From IMG/VR virus record IMGVR_UViG_3300047160_003234, positions 1-64,000 of that record: a DNA stretch of 64,000 nt. One strand, given 5' to 3'. The stretch is from a virus. Made by a program: the position numbers and the translations under genes. This document shows positions 15,988-25,246 of this stretch, piece after piece; position 1 is the stretch's first letter, and each line of letters opens with the position of its first letter. The notes under the pieces were generated by a model. That model was given only the letters and a program-made list of their open reading frames with translations, had not been told where the DNA came from and ran no database searches.

Positions 15988-16911
15988 ATGAGGAAAATCG
16001 CCATTGCGGCTTTGGTCATTGCGCTGCCTGGGCCGCTCAAGGCTGATCCGTGGTTCTATTCCTACGTTCCAGCCACGACAACGTGGCATGTGACGGACAT
16101 CGGCAGTCCGCCCTCCGACGCCTACGGCATCTTGCTCAAGCAAGCGGGAGCAACCCCGGAGACATTCTCTCCGCCCCAGACGTACACGTTGCCCGATGGA
16201 TCGACCGTCAGCGGCTGGGCGCTCACCGATCAGAACCCCGGCGATCCGACTTTCGCGCCCTACACGATCACGAGCCTGATGAAGGAAATCGACACGGTCA
16301 ACGCCTCCATCGCATCCCCAACCGGCCTCTTGATCCTTCAATACAACGCGCCGTGGGGCATCTCTGGCAACTCCAGCGGCTCCGTTCAGTTCGACGCTGG
16401 GCCGCTCGTGCCGATCATCGGCGGGTTCAACGACGCTACGGACGCCGCAAGCTATCTCTCCATCATCAACAACGACATCACCGAAAAAGACCTTGCGAAC
16501 CTTGCTCTATTCGCAGTTGGGCTGGCTACTATGGAGTCGAATCTAGACAAAGCGTCCATGATTTTGGCGGCCATCGAGATCGCCAACGGCGGGGTTGGCA
16601 ACGCAATCGTGGATGTTGGCGATCAAGCCGTGGACGATGCAATGGCGACACTGCAACAATCCGCGTTCGACGCCCTCAACGCGGCGATAGGGAAGGCCCT
16701 GTACAATGCGGGCGTCGGCAGCATCTTCGGGCCTGATCCGCCCGGCGACACCGAAGGCCCCGATGATCTCGACGCTCTCAGCGACGGGATTTTCCCGCCG
16801 GGGTATGGCGGATCAATAGTAGAGGGCGCCGCGGTTCCCGAGTCATCGACATGGGCGATGATGCTGCTTGGATTGATGCTGCTTGGCTACAGGAGGAGTC
16901 GTTATGCTTGA
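15988..16911 (+). CDS. PEPxxWA-CTERM sorting domain protein 3
   Basis: GGAGG SD; signal ending PLKA; tail VPESSTWAMMLLGLMLLGYRRSR. Confidence 0.85.
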   Translation: MRKIAIAALVIALPGPLKADPWFYSYVPATTTWHVTDIGSPPSDAYGILLKQAGATPETFSPPQTYTLPDGSTVSGWALTDQNPGDPTFAPYTITSLMKEIDTVNASIASPTGLLILQYNAPWGISGNSSGSVQFDAGPLVPIIGGFNDATDAASYLSIINNDITEKDLANLALFAVGLATMESNLDKASMILAAIEIANGGVGNAIVDVGDQAVDDAMATLQQSAFDALNAAIGKALYNAGVGSIFGPDPPGDTEGPDDLDALSDGIFPPGYGGSIVEGAAVPESSTWAMMLLGLMLLGYRRSRYA

Positions 16912-17068
16912 AGCGCTTGGATTCGAATTCAGAGACTACACCCGGCGGGATTGGGTCATGCTCGGCGCCGCCGCATTTCCCGCCGTGGCTGCGGGCGCGG
17001 TTCTCGGTCTCTGGGCGGTCTATGCGGTGTGGTGGTGGTTGCCTTGGACGCTGTACGGGGCGCCATAA
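16904..17068 (+). CDS. Small membrane protein
   Basis: AGGAG SD; Trp-rich hydrophobic segment. Confidence 0.55.
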   Translation: MLEALGFEFRDYTRRDWVMLGAAAFPAVAAGAVLGLWAVYAVWWWLPWTLYGAP

Positions 17069-17149
17069 ATGGCGACCTTCGAAGGCGCCGTAGGTGGACT
17101 GACGGCGCTATGCGTCTCACGCACCATCTGCTAGGCGCCGAAAAAAGAC

Positions 17150-17178
17150 TTGCATTTGATGCAAACGACTGTCATAGT
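17150..17178 (+). promoter_or_regulatory. Promoter overlapped by palindrome TTGCATTTGATGCAA
   Basis: TTGCAT-N17-CATAGT; palindrome covers the -35 box. Confidence 0.6.
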
Positions 17179-17205
17179 GCGGCGTCACTTTGACAGGAGT
17201 AGAAC

Positions 17206-17379
17206 GTGGGCGAGGGCGAGGTTTCGATTGCGTTTCTAGCCTATATCAACCACAACAAACGCAGGGAATATCTTGGTCGCTTCGTTGACCGTGAAGACGC
17301 CAGCGCAGCTTATCGAGACGCAAAGAAACGCCTTCATTCCTTCCGACAATTCGTGCGAGAAGAGGAAAAAGGCAAATGA
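17206..17379 (+). CDS. Stand-alone AP2-like domain (57 aa), or truncated HNH-AP2
   Basis: AGGAG SD and GTG; AYINHNKRREYLGRFVDREDASAAYRDAKKRLH; ATGA overlap with the resolvase. Confidence 0.65.
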   Translation: MGEGEVSIAFLAYINHNKRREYLGRFVDREDASAAYRDAKKRLHSFRQFVREEEKGK

Positions 17380-18032
17380 CAACATATGCATATCTGCGCG
17401 TTTCGACCGCAAGGCAGGTCCATGAAGGCGAAAGTTTAGAGGTCCAACGTCGGCAGATTGAAGGGTACTGCCTTATGAAAGGCCTCCCTCTTGATGAGAT
17501 TATTGTTGAGGAAGGTGTCTCCGGCTCCGTGCCGCTTGCTGAGCGACCGGCAGGTAGCGCTTTGGTTGCCAAGCTCAAAGAGGGCGATCTCGTATTTGTA
17601 TCTAAGCTGGATCGAATCTTCCGCTCCGCTCTCGACGCCCTCCAAGTAGTGGAGAATATGAGAAAACGAGGCATCTCCCTTCATCTTCTTGATCTGGGCG
17701 GCGACATTTCTAACGGGCTCTCCAAGCTCTTCCTGACGATCGCCGCCGCCTTCGCCGAGGCCGAGCGTGACCGCATCCGCGAGCGGGTGGGTCAGGTCAA
17801 GGCCGACCAGAAGGCGCGCGGGCGTTATCTTGGCGGCGCCGTGCCGTTCGGTTGGAGGAAGAACAAGGCTGGCGATCTCATCGCCGATGCGGCCCAGCAG
17901 GAGGCCATCAAGGCCATCCACGAGGGCAAGGAAGCGGGGATGAGCTTGAGGCGCATCGCCGAGGCGGCGCGCGCCAACGGCATCGAGATCAGCCATCAGG
18001 GGGTGAAATCAGTTCTGGCGAGGTCGCGATGA
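17376..18032 (+). CDS. Small serine recombinase (resolvase/invertase family)
   Basis: YAYLRVST catalytic Ser, VSG...RP, SKLDRIFRS, FAEAERDRIRER, C-terminal HTH. Confidence 0.93.
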   Translation: MTTYAYLRVSTARQVHEGESLEVQRRQIEGYCLMKGLPLDEIIVEEGVSGSVPLAERPAGSALVAKLKEGDLVFVSKLDRIFRSALDALQVVENMRKRGISLHLLDLGGDISNGLSKLFLTIAAAFAEAERDRIRERVGQVKADQKARGRYLGGAVPFGWRKNKAGDLIADAAQQEAIKAIHEGKEAGMSLRRIAEAARANGIEISHQGVKSVLARSR

Positions 18033-18388
18033 CCCGGCTCGTCTGCGACTGCGGCGCGGTCTACTCGCACCCCGATCAACTGATGTACTGCGCCAGCAAC
18101 CGGCATTGGGCTGGTCCGCCCCACGATCCCGACAGGGCGCAACGAGAGCTATCCCGCGCCATGGGCAACCCGCCGCCTCGCGTCGAACCCAGTTACCTCG
18201 CCGTCGAATGGGCTAGACAAGCCGCGCTCCATACCGAGGCCGCCAACGAGATCGATGAGGACGCGAGCGTCAACGACGCGGCCGAGAAGGCCCTTCACCT
18301 CGCCGAGGCGCGGGTCCTTCTGGAATGCGCCGACGAGCTTCTCAAGGCTCTGCCGCTTCATCGGCCAGCGTTGCCGAATTCTCCGTGA
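18029..18388 (+). CDS. Hypothetical protein
   Basis: ATGA overlap with the resolvase stop. Confidence 0.5.
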   Translation: MTRLVCDCGAVYSHPDQLMYCASNRHWAGPPHDPDRAQRELSRAMGNPPPRVEPSYLAVEWARQAALHTEAANEIDEDASVNDAAEKALHLAEARVLLECADELLKALPLHRPALPNSP

Positions 18389-18888
18389 AAAAGAGTGGTC
18401 GCTTCAACATGAGCGGTCTTCGCTTCTTCAGCCGAACCGAAAGTGCCCAAATAAACCGTTTTCCCGCCGGGTTCGCGAAGTTTGGCTTCATAGCCCGGCC
18501 CTTTGCGATAAACGCCCTTAATCCCAAGCCGACCCCAGCCACGACTATTCAGCTTGTTCTGAGTAGATGTCGCCTCCCGCAGATTCGATGGCCGGTTATT
18601 GGCGCGATTACCATCACGATGATCAATTTCTCGCTCTGGAAGCGCCCCATAAGCAAGCGCATAAACGATGCGGTGAACCTTGAAGAGCCGCTTGCCGATG
18701 CAAATAAGAAGATATTCTTCCCCAGACTGCACTCCTGCCAATTTCCCGCTTCGTTGCGAATTGAAACTGCGCCAACCACGGTCGGTGCGGAAATGCGAGC
18801 GCGGTCGAGTTTTCCAGCGAAGTGTCCCAGCCTTCGCATCCAGTTCAAAGCATTCGCCTAAATATTCTAACGATGGCAGTTTATTCAT
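18358..18888 (-). CDS. HNH-AP2 homing endonuclease
   Basis: VHRIVY...IDHRDGNRANNRPSNLR; YLGTFGSAEEA. Confidence 0.9.
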   Translation of the reverse strand: MNKLPSLEYLGECFELDAKAGTLRWKTRPRSHFRTDRGWRSFNSQRSGKLAGVQSGEEYLLICIGKRLFKVHRIVYALAYGALPEREIDHRDGNRANNRPSNLREATSTQNKLNSRGWGRLGIKGVYRKGPGYEAKLREPGGKTVYLGTFGSAEEAKTAHVEATTLFHGEFGNAGR

Positions 18889-19531
18889 GGTCGAATTTCG
18901 TAGCTTCTTCTCCCCACACAGTCCAGTTAGGCCGAGATTGACGTCCAAACAATTCCAAATAGGGGCCGGGGCAGTAGCGTTGTATACGGTCGTAAGCCTC
19001 AACTGGTTTTTCGGAATGACGCCTGACAGGCGCCACGATCAACTCACGCACGTCGCGGGCGAGCCGCTTCGGATTGCCGCGCCGGAACAGGAGACAAAGC
19101 TCGACATTGTGCCGGGTTGTCATCCCGAGTCCCATCACAAAATCTGCTTCGGTGAAGAAGAACTGCGGATTATCGACTCGCTTAAGTTTGACCCAAGCGA
19201 AACCAAGCGCGCTGTAGCGGAATTTCCAGCAACGTGCCACATGGAAGGCTTGGATCAGGTTTACCCCTGTCGTCCATAGCCAGAGGTGGCAGTCCTTGGC
19301 CGCGATGTCGGCGACCGGCATCTTGGCGATCTCATCGAAGCTCATCGTACGATAATGTCGGCTCGGCGACCGGCCCTGCCCCTTGTCGGAGCGGGTTTTG
19401 AAGTGCCACGGCGGATCTGCGTAAATTACGCTCCATCCACCTGAAGTCTCTGGGAGTTGATAACGTACTTTTTCGCTCGCCGCTGATCCCTGGAGCCCGC
19501 TGGCTGGCGTCGAGCATGGTCCGCTACTCAA
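18881..19531 (-). CDS. MT-A70 family N6-adenine methyltransferase
   Basis: VIYADPPW, HYRTMS, HLWLWTT, HSEKP, YLELFGR; TTGA-coupled start. Confidence 0.9.
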   Translation of the reverse strand: MSSGPCSTPASGLQGSAASEKVRYQLPETSGGWSVIYADPPWHFKTRSDKGQGRSPSRHYRTMSFDEIAKMPVADIAAKDCHLWLWTTGVNLIQAFHVARCWKFRYSALGFAWVKLKRVDNPQFFFTEADFVMGLGMTTRHNVELCLLFRRGNPKRLARDVRELIVAPVRRHSEKPVEAYDRIQRYCPGPYLELFGRQSRPNWTVWGEEATKFDHE

Positions 19532-19761
19532 GGCCGAGCAGTCTCCGCGAGCGAGCAGGGCATCGGCACGAAGCCCCGGAAGCCCCGAGCCCGCACCCAG
19601 CACTGATCCTCCTGCTGCTGTTGAAGAGCCCGGCGGATGAGAAGCGCGCCGCCGCCAGGCAGGGTGACGACCTCGTCCCTGTCGCCGACGTCGAGGACTT
19701 GCGGCCGGTCTGAATTGCAGCCCGCGAGGACCGCGGCGCAGACGATCGCGGCCCTGATCAA
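19528..19761 (-). CDS. Putative lipoprotein
   Basis: MIRAAIVCAAVLAGC lipobox; TTGA overlap. Confidence 0.55.
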   Translation of the reverse strand: MIRAAIVCAAVLAGCNSDRPQVLDVGDRDEVVTLPGGGALLIRRALQQQQEDQCWVRARGFRGFVPMPCSLAETARP

Positions 19762-20063
19762 TGCTTGAATCCTTCCGGCGGCGGTGGCGGCATGGGCATG
19801 ACCGGCGGATGGAGCGTCTTGCCGATCAGCTCCCACTGGAAGCAGGCGGCGCCCGTGATGAGGGCGTTGGCGCCGACCCCGGCGACATGGCCCCAGACAG
19901 GGTAGCCCGCGGGAACGACCTCGATTATGGCGCAGGCGAGCATCTGCCCGGCGCGGGCCTTGGCCAAGGCGCTCTCCAGCATCTCGACCATGGCGAGCTG
20001 GTAGGGCTGGAGCGCCGGGGGCTCGGGGGCGTCGATAGCGGGGCGGTCGTCGATCATCGTCAT
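19758..20063 (-). CDS. Hypothetical protein
   Basis: Coupled ORF. Confidence 0.6.
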   Translation of the reverse strand: MTMIDDRPAIDAPEPPALQPYQLAMVEMLESALAKARAGQMLACAIIEVVPAGYPVWGHVAGVGANALITGAACFQWELIGKTLHPPVMPMPPPPPEGFKH

Positions 20064-20266
20064 GTCTTTCTGAGCTTGATGTCGAGCTGGTAGTTCTCGA
20101 CATGCGGCACGTTGGGAACGCCTTTGCGGGTGACCTGAAATTCGAGCGTGACGTCGAGATCGAGATTTTCATCCTTCTCGAGAGCGCGCCAAATTCGAAG
20201 CTCGAATTCGGCGAGAGCGAACTGCACCGGCTGGGGCAGGCGGGAGAGATCGGAAGGGTTGTTCAT
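20060..20266 (-). CDS. Hypothetical protein
   Basis: Coupled ORF. Confidence 0.55.
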   Translation of the reverse strand: MNNPSDLSRLPQPVQFALAEFELRIWRALEKDENLDLDVTLEFQVTRKGVPNVPHVENYQLDIKLRKT

Positions 20267-20562
20267 GCGGGCGGCGGGCCTCCGCGATAGAGATTGTAAT
20301 CGCGATCAATAACCGCGACGACGAAGTCGAGGCAGGCGTTCGCCCCCTCTCGGTTCGCGATAGGCGACATAAGCCCCTTTCGGATGACGTCGAGGCAAAA
20401 CCGGAGATGCTGCCGGTCGTCATCGTTCAGGTCTTGTAGGCGCCCGGCCTTGGCGCGGCCCACGACCCACGGCGGCTCGCCTTCGCGGCCGACGTATTTG
20501 TCGGCGAGCTTCTTGGCCGCGAGCTTGTGCTCGTCGCTGACATAGTCGATTTGCTTCACCAT
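20263..20562 (-). CDS. Hypothetical protein
   Basis: Coupled ORF starting MVKQIDY. Confidence 0.55.
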   Translation of the reverse strand: MVKQIDYVSDEHKLAAKKLADKYVGREGEPPWVVGRAKAGRLQDLNDDDRQHLRFCLDVIRKGLMSPIANREGANACLDFVVAVIDRDYNLYRGGPPPA

Positions 20563-21866
20563 TCGACCGGCTCGCCTTCGTCGCGCTCTTCGCGCTTGGG
20601 CTGGGTCTGGGCGAAGGCGCGGAGGGGCTTCCCGGTCCAGAAGCAATGGACACGGCCCTCGATCTTCACGCTGCCGAGGACGCCCTCGACCACCAGTTCC
20701 TCGCGGCGCCGCTCGGTTTTCTTCTTCATGCTCTCGAAATAGCGGGCGTCCTTCTTCTCCTGACTGATCATCTCGTCAGGCGAATCGTCTGGCGGGCTCA
20801 TGTCGCAATAGGCGCGCTTCACGTCCTCCCAGAGAACGATCTGGCGGACGCCTTGAGGCACGGTGACGTCGAGAGGCACCGGCTGGCCGTAGCGGCGCTC
20901 AGCCTCGAAAAAGGCCTTCATGAAGAATTCGCCGCTCAGACTAAGCCGCGAGCCCTTCAGCTCCTCGACGCGCCGGATCGCCTCGCGTTCCGCGAGCGGC
21001 AGGCAGATGCACGAGGTGATCGGCGTCTTGCCGTCCTCCTCGTAGTCGAGGAGAACCTGTTTCAGTTCGAACTGGAGCTGGACGCCCTCGTCCTCGTCCT
21101 TCTGCTTGTCGAGGATGACCGTCCTCACCTTGGTCGTCTCGTCGCGCTTGACGAGAAGGACCTGATCGACGTTGGCGTAGATCGATGTATGCCCTCTGAC
21201 TCTCTCGTTGCCCGCGTTGAGATGATGCACGAGGCAGACCGCGGCGCCGGTCTTCTCCCGAATCTTTTTGACGTTGGCGAGGACGATGCCCATGTCCTTG
21301 CCCGAGATCTCGTCGGCCCCGACCGTCGCGGTGGCGAGCGTGTCGATCGTCACCAAGCCGAGTGGGAACGCCATTTCCTCCGCATGACCGTTGATCTCCT
21401 CAATCAGGGCGTCGGTGTTCTTCGTGTCGCGGTAGATATCGACGCTCTTCTGCAAGAGCACGAAGGGCATTTTCTTGCGGTCGCTCCAGTCGAGCTGATG
21501 GAATAGCCGGTGGGCGCGGAGGCGCTTCTTAACCCCGAGGGTGCCCTCGCCAGCCTGATAGACGACGCCCATCTGCCGCACCGGATGGCCGAAGAAATCG
21601 ACGCCGGAAGCGACCGAGACGCCGATATTGAGGGCGAGGAAGCTCTTGCCCGAGCGGGACGCGCCAGCGATGACCGAGAGGTCGTTTTCGGAGAGCCAGT
21701 TGCGGATGAGCCATTTGTGCTCTGGGCCGGGTGCATCCAGCTCGTCCATGTGGATCGCTCCGAATTTGGTGGCGTACTGCTCCTCGAAAATCCAACCGAT
21801 GCGGCGCAGGAAATCTTCGCCCGCCTCGATCCCCACAGGATGCTCGATGACGGCGGGGAAGGTCAT
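20556..21866 (-). CDS. RecA-like (RepA/AAA_25-type) helicase
   Basis: Walker A GASRSGKS, YQAGEG, Walker B VTIDT, VHH...RGHTS. Confidence 0.9.
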   Translation of the reverse strand: MTFPAVIEHPVGIEAGEDFLRRIGWIFEEQYATKFGAIHMDELDAPGPEHKWLIRNWLSENDLSVIAGASRSGKSFLALNIGVSVASGVDFFGHPVRQMGVVYQAGEGTLGVKKRLRAHRLFHQLDWSDRKKMPFVLLQKSVDIYRDTKNTDALIEEINGHAEEMAFPLGLVTIDTLATATVGADEISGKDMGIVLANVKKIREKTGAAVCLVHHLNAGNERVRGHTSIYANVDQVLLVKRDETTKVRTVILDKQKDEDEGVQLQFELKQVLLDYEEDGKTPITSCICLPLAEREAIRRVEELKGSRLSLSGEFFMKAFFEAERRYGQPVPLDVTVPQGVRQIVLWEDVKRAYCDMSPPDDSPDEMISQEKKDARYFESMKKKTERRREELVVEGVLGSVKIEGRVHCFWTGKPLRAFAQTQPKREERDEGEPVEW

Positions 21867-22186
21867 TCTGCCTCCGGGTCGCCCGAGGCCGCCCTATCGC
21901 GGCGCCGCACATCGGGAAATGGCCTCCAGCGCACGAACATCGGTCCCACGTTTGCATTCTCACGAACGGTATGGTCGGCAAACCACCCGACCGATCCGCT
22001 TAATGCCGACTTGCCCCCTCTGAGCCCGACGAGTTTATCGCCGCGGGTTGCCTCTCCGCTCGCCAGAAGCCGCCGAGCATGGGCGCAAAGGCCTTGGTCG
22101 GGAAGGGCGCTCATCTCGATCCGAATTTCACTCACGAGCCGTCCCGAATCACCATGTCGTCGAAGTCCATGCCTGCTTCCGGCCAC
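21863..22186 (-). CDS. Hypothetical protein
   Basis: Fills the gap between primase and helicase; start uncertain. Confidence 0.4.
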   Translation of the reverse strand: MAGSRHGLRRHGDSGRLVSEIRIEMSALPDQGLCAHARRLLASGEATRGDKLVGLRGGKSALSGSVGWFADHTVRENANVGPMFVRWRPFPDVRRRDRAASGDPEAE

Positions 22187-23262
22187 GCAATAGCGACCGC
22201 CTTCCCCTGCGCCATGAAGCGATTTGTGGCGACGGCGAGCTTGGCCGCGGTCAAGTAGCTCTCGGAATCGTTATCGGCGATCAGGATCACCTGAGTGACC
22301 CCATCAGGCAGGATGGCCCCGGGATGGTGCGGGTCTGGACGGCGCCCGTCGGGGATTCGCGCGGGCTTGCCCGCAGCGTCGAATTTCGCCTTGTGGGCGA
22401 CGGTGGCGAGCGCGCGGCCCGCCATATTGCCAAGATCGACAGCGGCGGCGAGGCCCATCTCTTCAGGCCCCAGACCCAGTTGCCAGAAGGCTAGGACGTT
22501 CTCCCAGCCCTCGCCGATCGCCAGCGGATCGCCGAGCGGCCCGAGCCGGATGAGCCCGCCCTGCTTCTCGCCGCGGACTTTCTTGGGAGAGTTGGCGGAC
22601 GAGCCGGTCGGGCGCCATTTGCGCGGCTCCTTGGCGTCGAGATAGGTGATGGCGGCGCCCTGAATGAGCGTCCCGGTGTAGTCGCGGATGACGGCCACGA
22701 GCGCAGGCAGAACCGCCAGCATGACGGTCTCGTTTGCACCGTTTGCAGTCTGGCCCCAATATTCCAGTTCTCGCACGAAACGCAAGTCCCCGACCATGCG
22801 CCGCGGCGGATTGAGGCCTCGCGTCTTGCGGAGGTATTCGTCGGCGTGGGTGCCATCGAGCGCTTGCGCCCGGCGGATGATGTCGAGGACCGCTTTCTGG
22901 TCGTTGGGAACGCGATCAGGATCTGGCGGGGGCGGCGCTTCCCGCAGCTGCTCGCCGCCTGCGCCGTTGGGCCGCGATGTCCCGGTTATGCGCTCGATCG
23001 CCTCGTTCGTGTCGCATTGGGCGATGAAGCGGACGAGGTCGATGACGTCGCCCTTGTTCTCGCACTTGCGGCAGTTGAAGACGCCCTTCTGGGCGTTAAC
23101 GCTAAACCTGTCGACGCCACCGCAGACCGGACAGGGCCCGGCGTATTCCGCCGCCCCGATCTTCTTCAGTCGACAGCCGAACTGGAGCGCCACCGCCCTG
23201 ATGTCGGCCGCCTTGGCAGTGTCGAACCATTGCCGCCACACATGGTTCTCGGCCACGCGCAA
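22132..23262 (-). CDS. DNA primase (zinc finger plus Toprim)
   Basis: GPCPVCGGVDRF...FNCRKC; IGEGWEN; IADND; GMDFDD. Confidence 0.9.
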   Translation of the reverse strand: MRVAENHVWRQWFDTAKAADIRAVALQFGCRLKKIGAAEYAGPCPVCGGVDRFSVNAQKGVFNCRKCENKGDVIDLVRFIAQCDTNEAIERITGTSRPNGAGGEQLREAPPPPDPDRVPNDQKAVLDIIRRAQALDGTHADEYLRKTRGLNPPRRMVGDLRFVRELEYWGQTANGANETVMLAVLPALVAVIRDYTGTLIQGAAITYLDAKEPRKWRPTGSSANSPKKVRGEKQGGLIRLGPLGDPLAIGEGWENVLAFWQLGLGPEEMGLAAAVDLGNMAGRALATVAHKAKFDAAGKPARIPDGRRPDPHHPGAILPDGVTQVILIADNDSESYLTAAKLAVATNRFMAQGKAVAIAWPEAGMDFDDMVIRDGS

Positions 23263-23301
23263 AGACCTTCCTCCCCCGCGTTGCTCCCGGGAGTTCTAAA
23301 A

Positions 23302-23637
23302 TCAATCAGTCTCGTCCCTACCGCTCTTTTGTTCGTTGTCCCCGCTATCCACCATCGAGGCGCGCGCCTGTCGTACGACCGTGCTCAACCATTCGGGCAG
23401 GGGCTTCTTGTCGGTCGTCGCCCTTTGCCCTTCGGCGATCAGGTGGGTGAAGACGTCGGCTGCGGCCTTGATGGCGTGGAGCTTCCGCACGCTGGGATGG
23501 CTGGCGCTGCCGCGCCCCGTGCCGTACAGCCTCTCGGCGATGCGGTGGTTCTGCTCGCGCCTAGCCGCCTCGTCGTTCAGCGTGTCGCGGATGAACTCCA
23601 GCGTGACGCTTCCGGTGAGGGCGGCGAAATGGCTCAT
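23302..23637 (-). CDS. Hypothetical protein
   Basis: ATGA overlap with the HNH stop. Confidence 0.55.
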   Translation of the reverse strand: MSHFAALTGSVTLEFIRDTLNDEAARREQNHRIAERLYGTGRGSASHPSVRKLHAIKAAADVFTHLIAEGQRATTDKKPLPEWLSTVVRQARASMVDSGDNEQKSGRDETD

Positions 23638-24287
23638 CGCCAAGTCACCTCGCGAACGATTTGGCTAACATTCGATTGGGAAACGCCAAAGCGCTCACCG
23701 ATCAGTCGCTGCGACATCGACCCCGCAAGCGCGCGAATTTCCCGAATGTCATCCCAAGAGAGCTTGGCTTGTCCAGCGTCGGCGCCGCGTAAGAAAATTT
23801 GCTTAAACGGCCGACGATTTGCTGTCTGTTCTTTGCGGGTCGCCCACCGGCAGTTCCTCGGCTCGTAGTCCCCATCAACATCAATGCGATCCAGCGTCAG
23901 CTCCGGGGAAGGGCGCGACCCCATATCGGTGAGGAAATTCTTAAAACTCGACCACCGTTCACAGACTTTGATTCCACGGCCCCCATAATATTTGAAATCC
24001 CAACGCGCTGGATTCCCGCATCGCTGAATAATGTGTTTCCACGCATGGTATTCAGGCGTCTCGCGTCCCTTTTTGCTATGACCATGTTTATATTGACGTG
24101 CTGATAACGCAGCATATTGCAGGCAACCGCAATTCGTTGATCTACCGCTTCTTAATGAATTAGCTAAAACCACGCGCCTAGCGCCGCAACCACAAATGCA
24201 ATTCCATGCCGCTGGAGGTCGGCTTGCTAAAGTGTCGACATACCATGCACCGAAGCGTTGGCCTGATAGGTCGAAGAAAACATTCAT
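23634..24287 (-). CDS. HNH-type homing endonuclease with C-terminal HTH
   Basis: DLSGQRFG, CICGCG, YYGGRGIKVCERW, TLDRIDVDGDYEPRNCRWAT. Confidence 0.9.
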   Translation of the reverse strand: MNVFFDLSGQRFGAWYVDTLASRPPAAWNCICGCGARRVVLANSLRSGRSTNCGCLQYAALSARQYKHGHSKKGRETPEYHAWKHIIQRCGNPARWDFKYYGGRGIKVCERWSSFKNFLTDMGSRPSPELTLDRIDVDGDYEPRNCRWATRKEQTANRRPFKQIFLRGADAGQAKLSWDDIREIRALAGSMSQRLIGERFGVSQSNVSQIVREVTWR

Positions 24288-24781
24288 TGTCGAAGCCCTT
24301 GTTGGGCATCGATCATAAGACCGGCAATAGCGCAACACAAGGCGTCAGCTCGCCCATCGTCCTTTTTTCTGGCAAACAAATTAGCTTTATCGGGGAATCG
24401 ACGAACTGCCTCGCCGCGCGCCGCGTCTTTGGCGCCGTCTTTTCCCGGCGGGATGCCGATAAGACGCTTCCATTTAGGCGCCGTGATAAATTGCACTGGA
24501 ATGCTTAAAGCGGCGCAAACGCCCTCGACAACACCGCGGGCGCGACCAAATGCAAAGGCTCCTACAGCTCCTTCCCCCGGCCGCGGCCCGACCCACTCGA
24601 CAAAGACTTTGTCAACATGGGCAGCCGCGATAAGTTGCGCGAGAAGTTGGGGATTTACCGTGGCGCGACCTTTCGGCCCGTCGCGCAACACCGGCATGTC
24701 ATGGACCGAATCGAGAGCGCCCTCAAGCGTTAGAACCGCAATGGCTCCCGACACACCGAGATCGATCCCCATGACGCGCAT
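24284..24781 (-). CDS. RuvC-like Holliday junction resolvase
   Basis: MGIDLGVSGAIA, VFVE, AFAFG, PKWK, DGRADAL. Confidence 0.85.
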   Translation of the reverse strand: MRVMGIDLGVSGAIAVLTLEGALDSVHDMPVLRDGPKGRATVNPQLLAQLIAAAHVDKVFVEWVGPRPGEGAVGAFAFGRARGVVEGVCAALSIPVQFITAPKWKRLIGIPPGKDGAKDAARGEAVRRFPDKANLFARKKDDGRADALCCAIAGLMIDAQQGLRQ

Positions 24782-24784
24782 CGA

Positions 24785-25039
24785 TCATTCCGCGGGCTCT
24801 GGTATGGGACTCCGCTTCGATGCTGGCCGCGGCGCGCTGATCTGGAAAAAATCCTCGATGCGGACCTGACCGTTGGTCCCGCGAACGACTTTCAATAAAT
24901 TCTGCTTTTTGGGAATTCTGGCTTCATTGTCACCGGGCGGCTTGATCCATCTATAGATGGTCACGGGATGAACGTGGATTGTCGCCGCGAAGGTCTCTGG
25001 CGAGATGCGGTTCTCTTTGAGCCACTGGGCGAGCGTCAT
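24785..25039 (-). CDS. Cro-like HTH regulator
   Basis: MTLAQWL...FAATIHVHPVTIYRW...RIP...TNGQV..EDF. Confidence 0.85.
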   Translation of the reverse strand: MTLAQWLKENRISPETFAATIHVHPVTIYRWIKPPGDNEARIPKKQNLLKVVRGTNGQVRIEDFFQISAPRPASKRSPIPEPAE

Positions 25040-25125
25040 GCATCATTTGTACGCCCATCGGAGTTTGCCGACAACGCAAAAATCCGCTTGCCTCGCATCT
25101 AGCGTTTGATGCAAGATGGAGCGGC
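25040..25125. promoter_or_regulatory. Divergent promoter region with degenerate palindrome TAGCGTTTGATGCAA (25100-25114)
   Basis: Between cro-like and yqaJ-like genes; shares TGCAAGATGG with the sites at 561 and 13975. Confidence 0.5.
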
Positions 25126-25246
25126 GAATCGGTCGGACCGTAGGCTCTGGCCAGTGCGCGCGTTGGCCCTTGCCTTAGCAGCTAGCGGCACGGCTTGACC
25201 GGGGGAGGGCGGCGCTCGTCCTCCCCGTTAACTTTCGGGGCAATGC

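Noticed and set aside
14030-18032. Invertase shufflon acting on the PEP-CTERM genes
   Set aside because: All genes are co-oriented and complete, and no inverted recombination sites were found
18342-18362. Possible third duplicated gene tail (DEAAEP*) after the HNH beside MT-A70
   Set aside because: Too short and dissimilar to the current end (KFDHE*) to support
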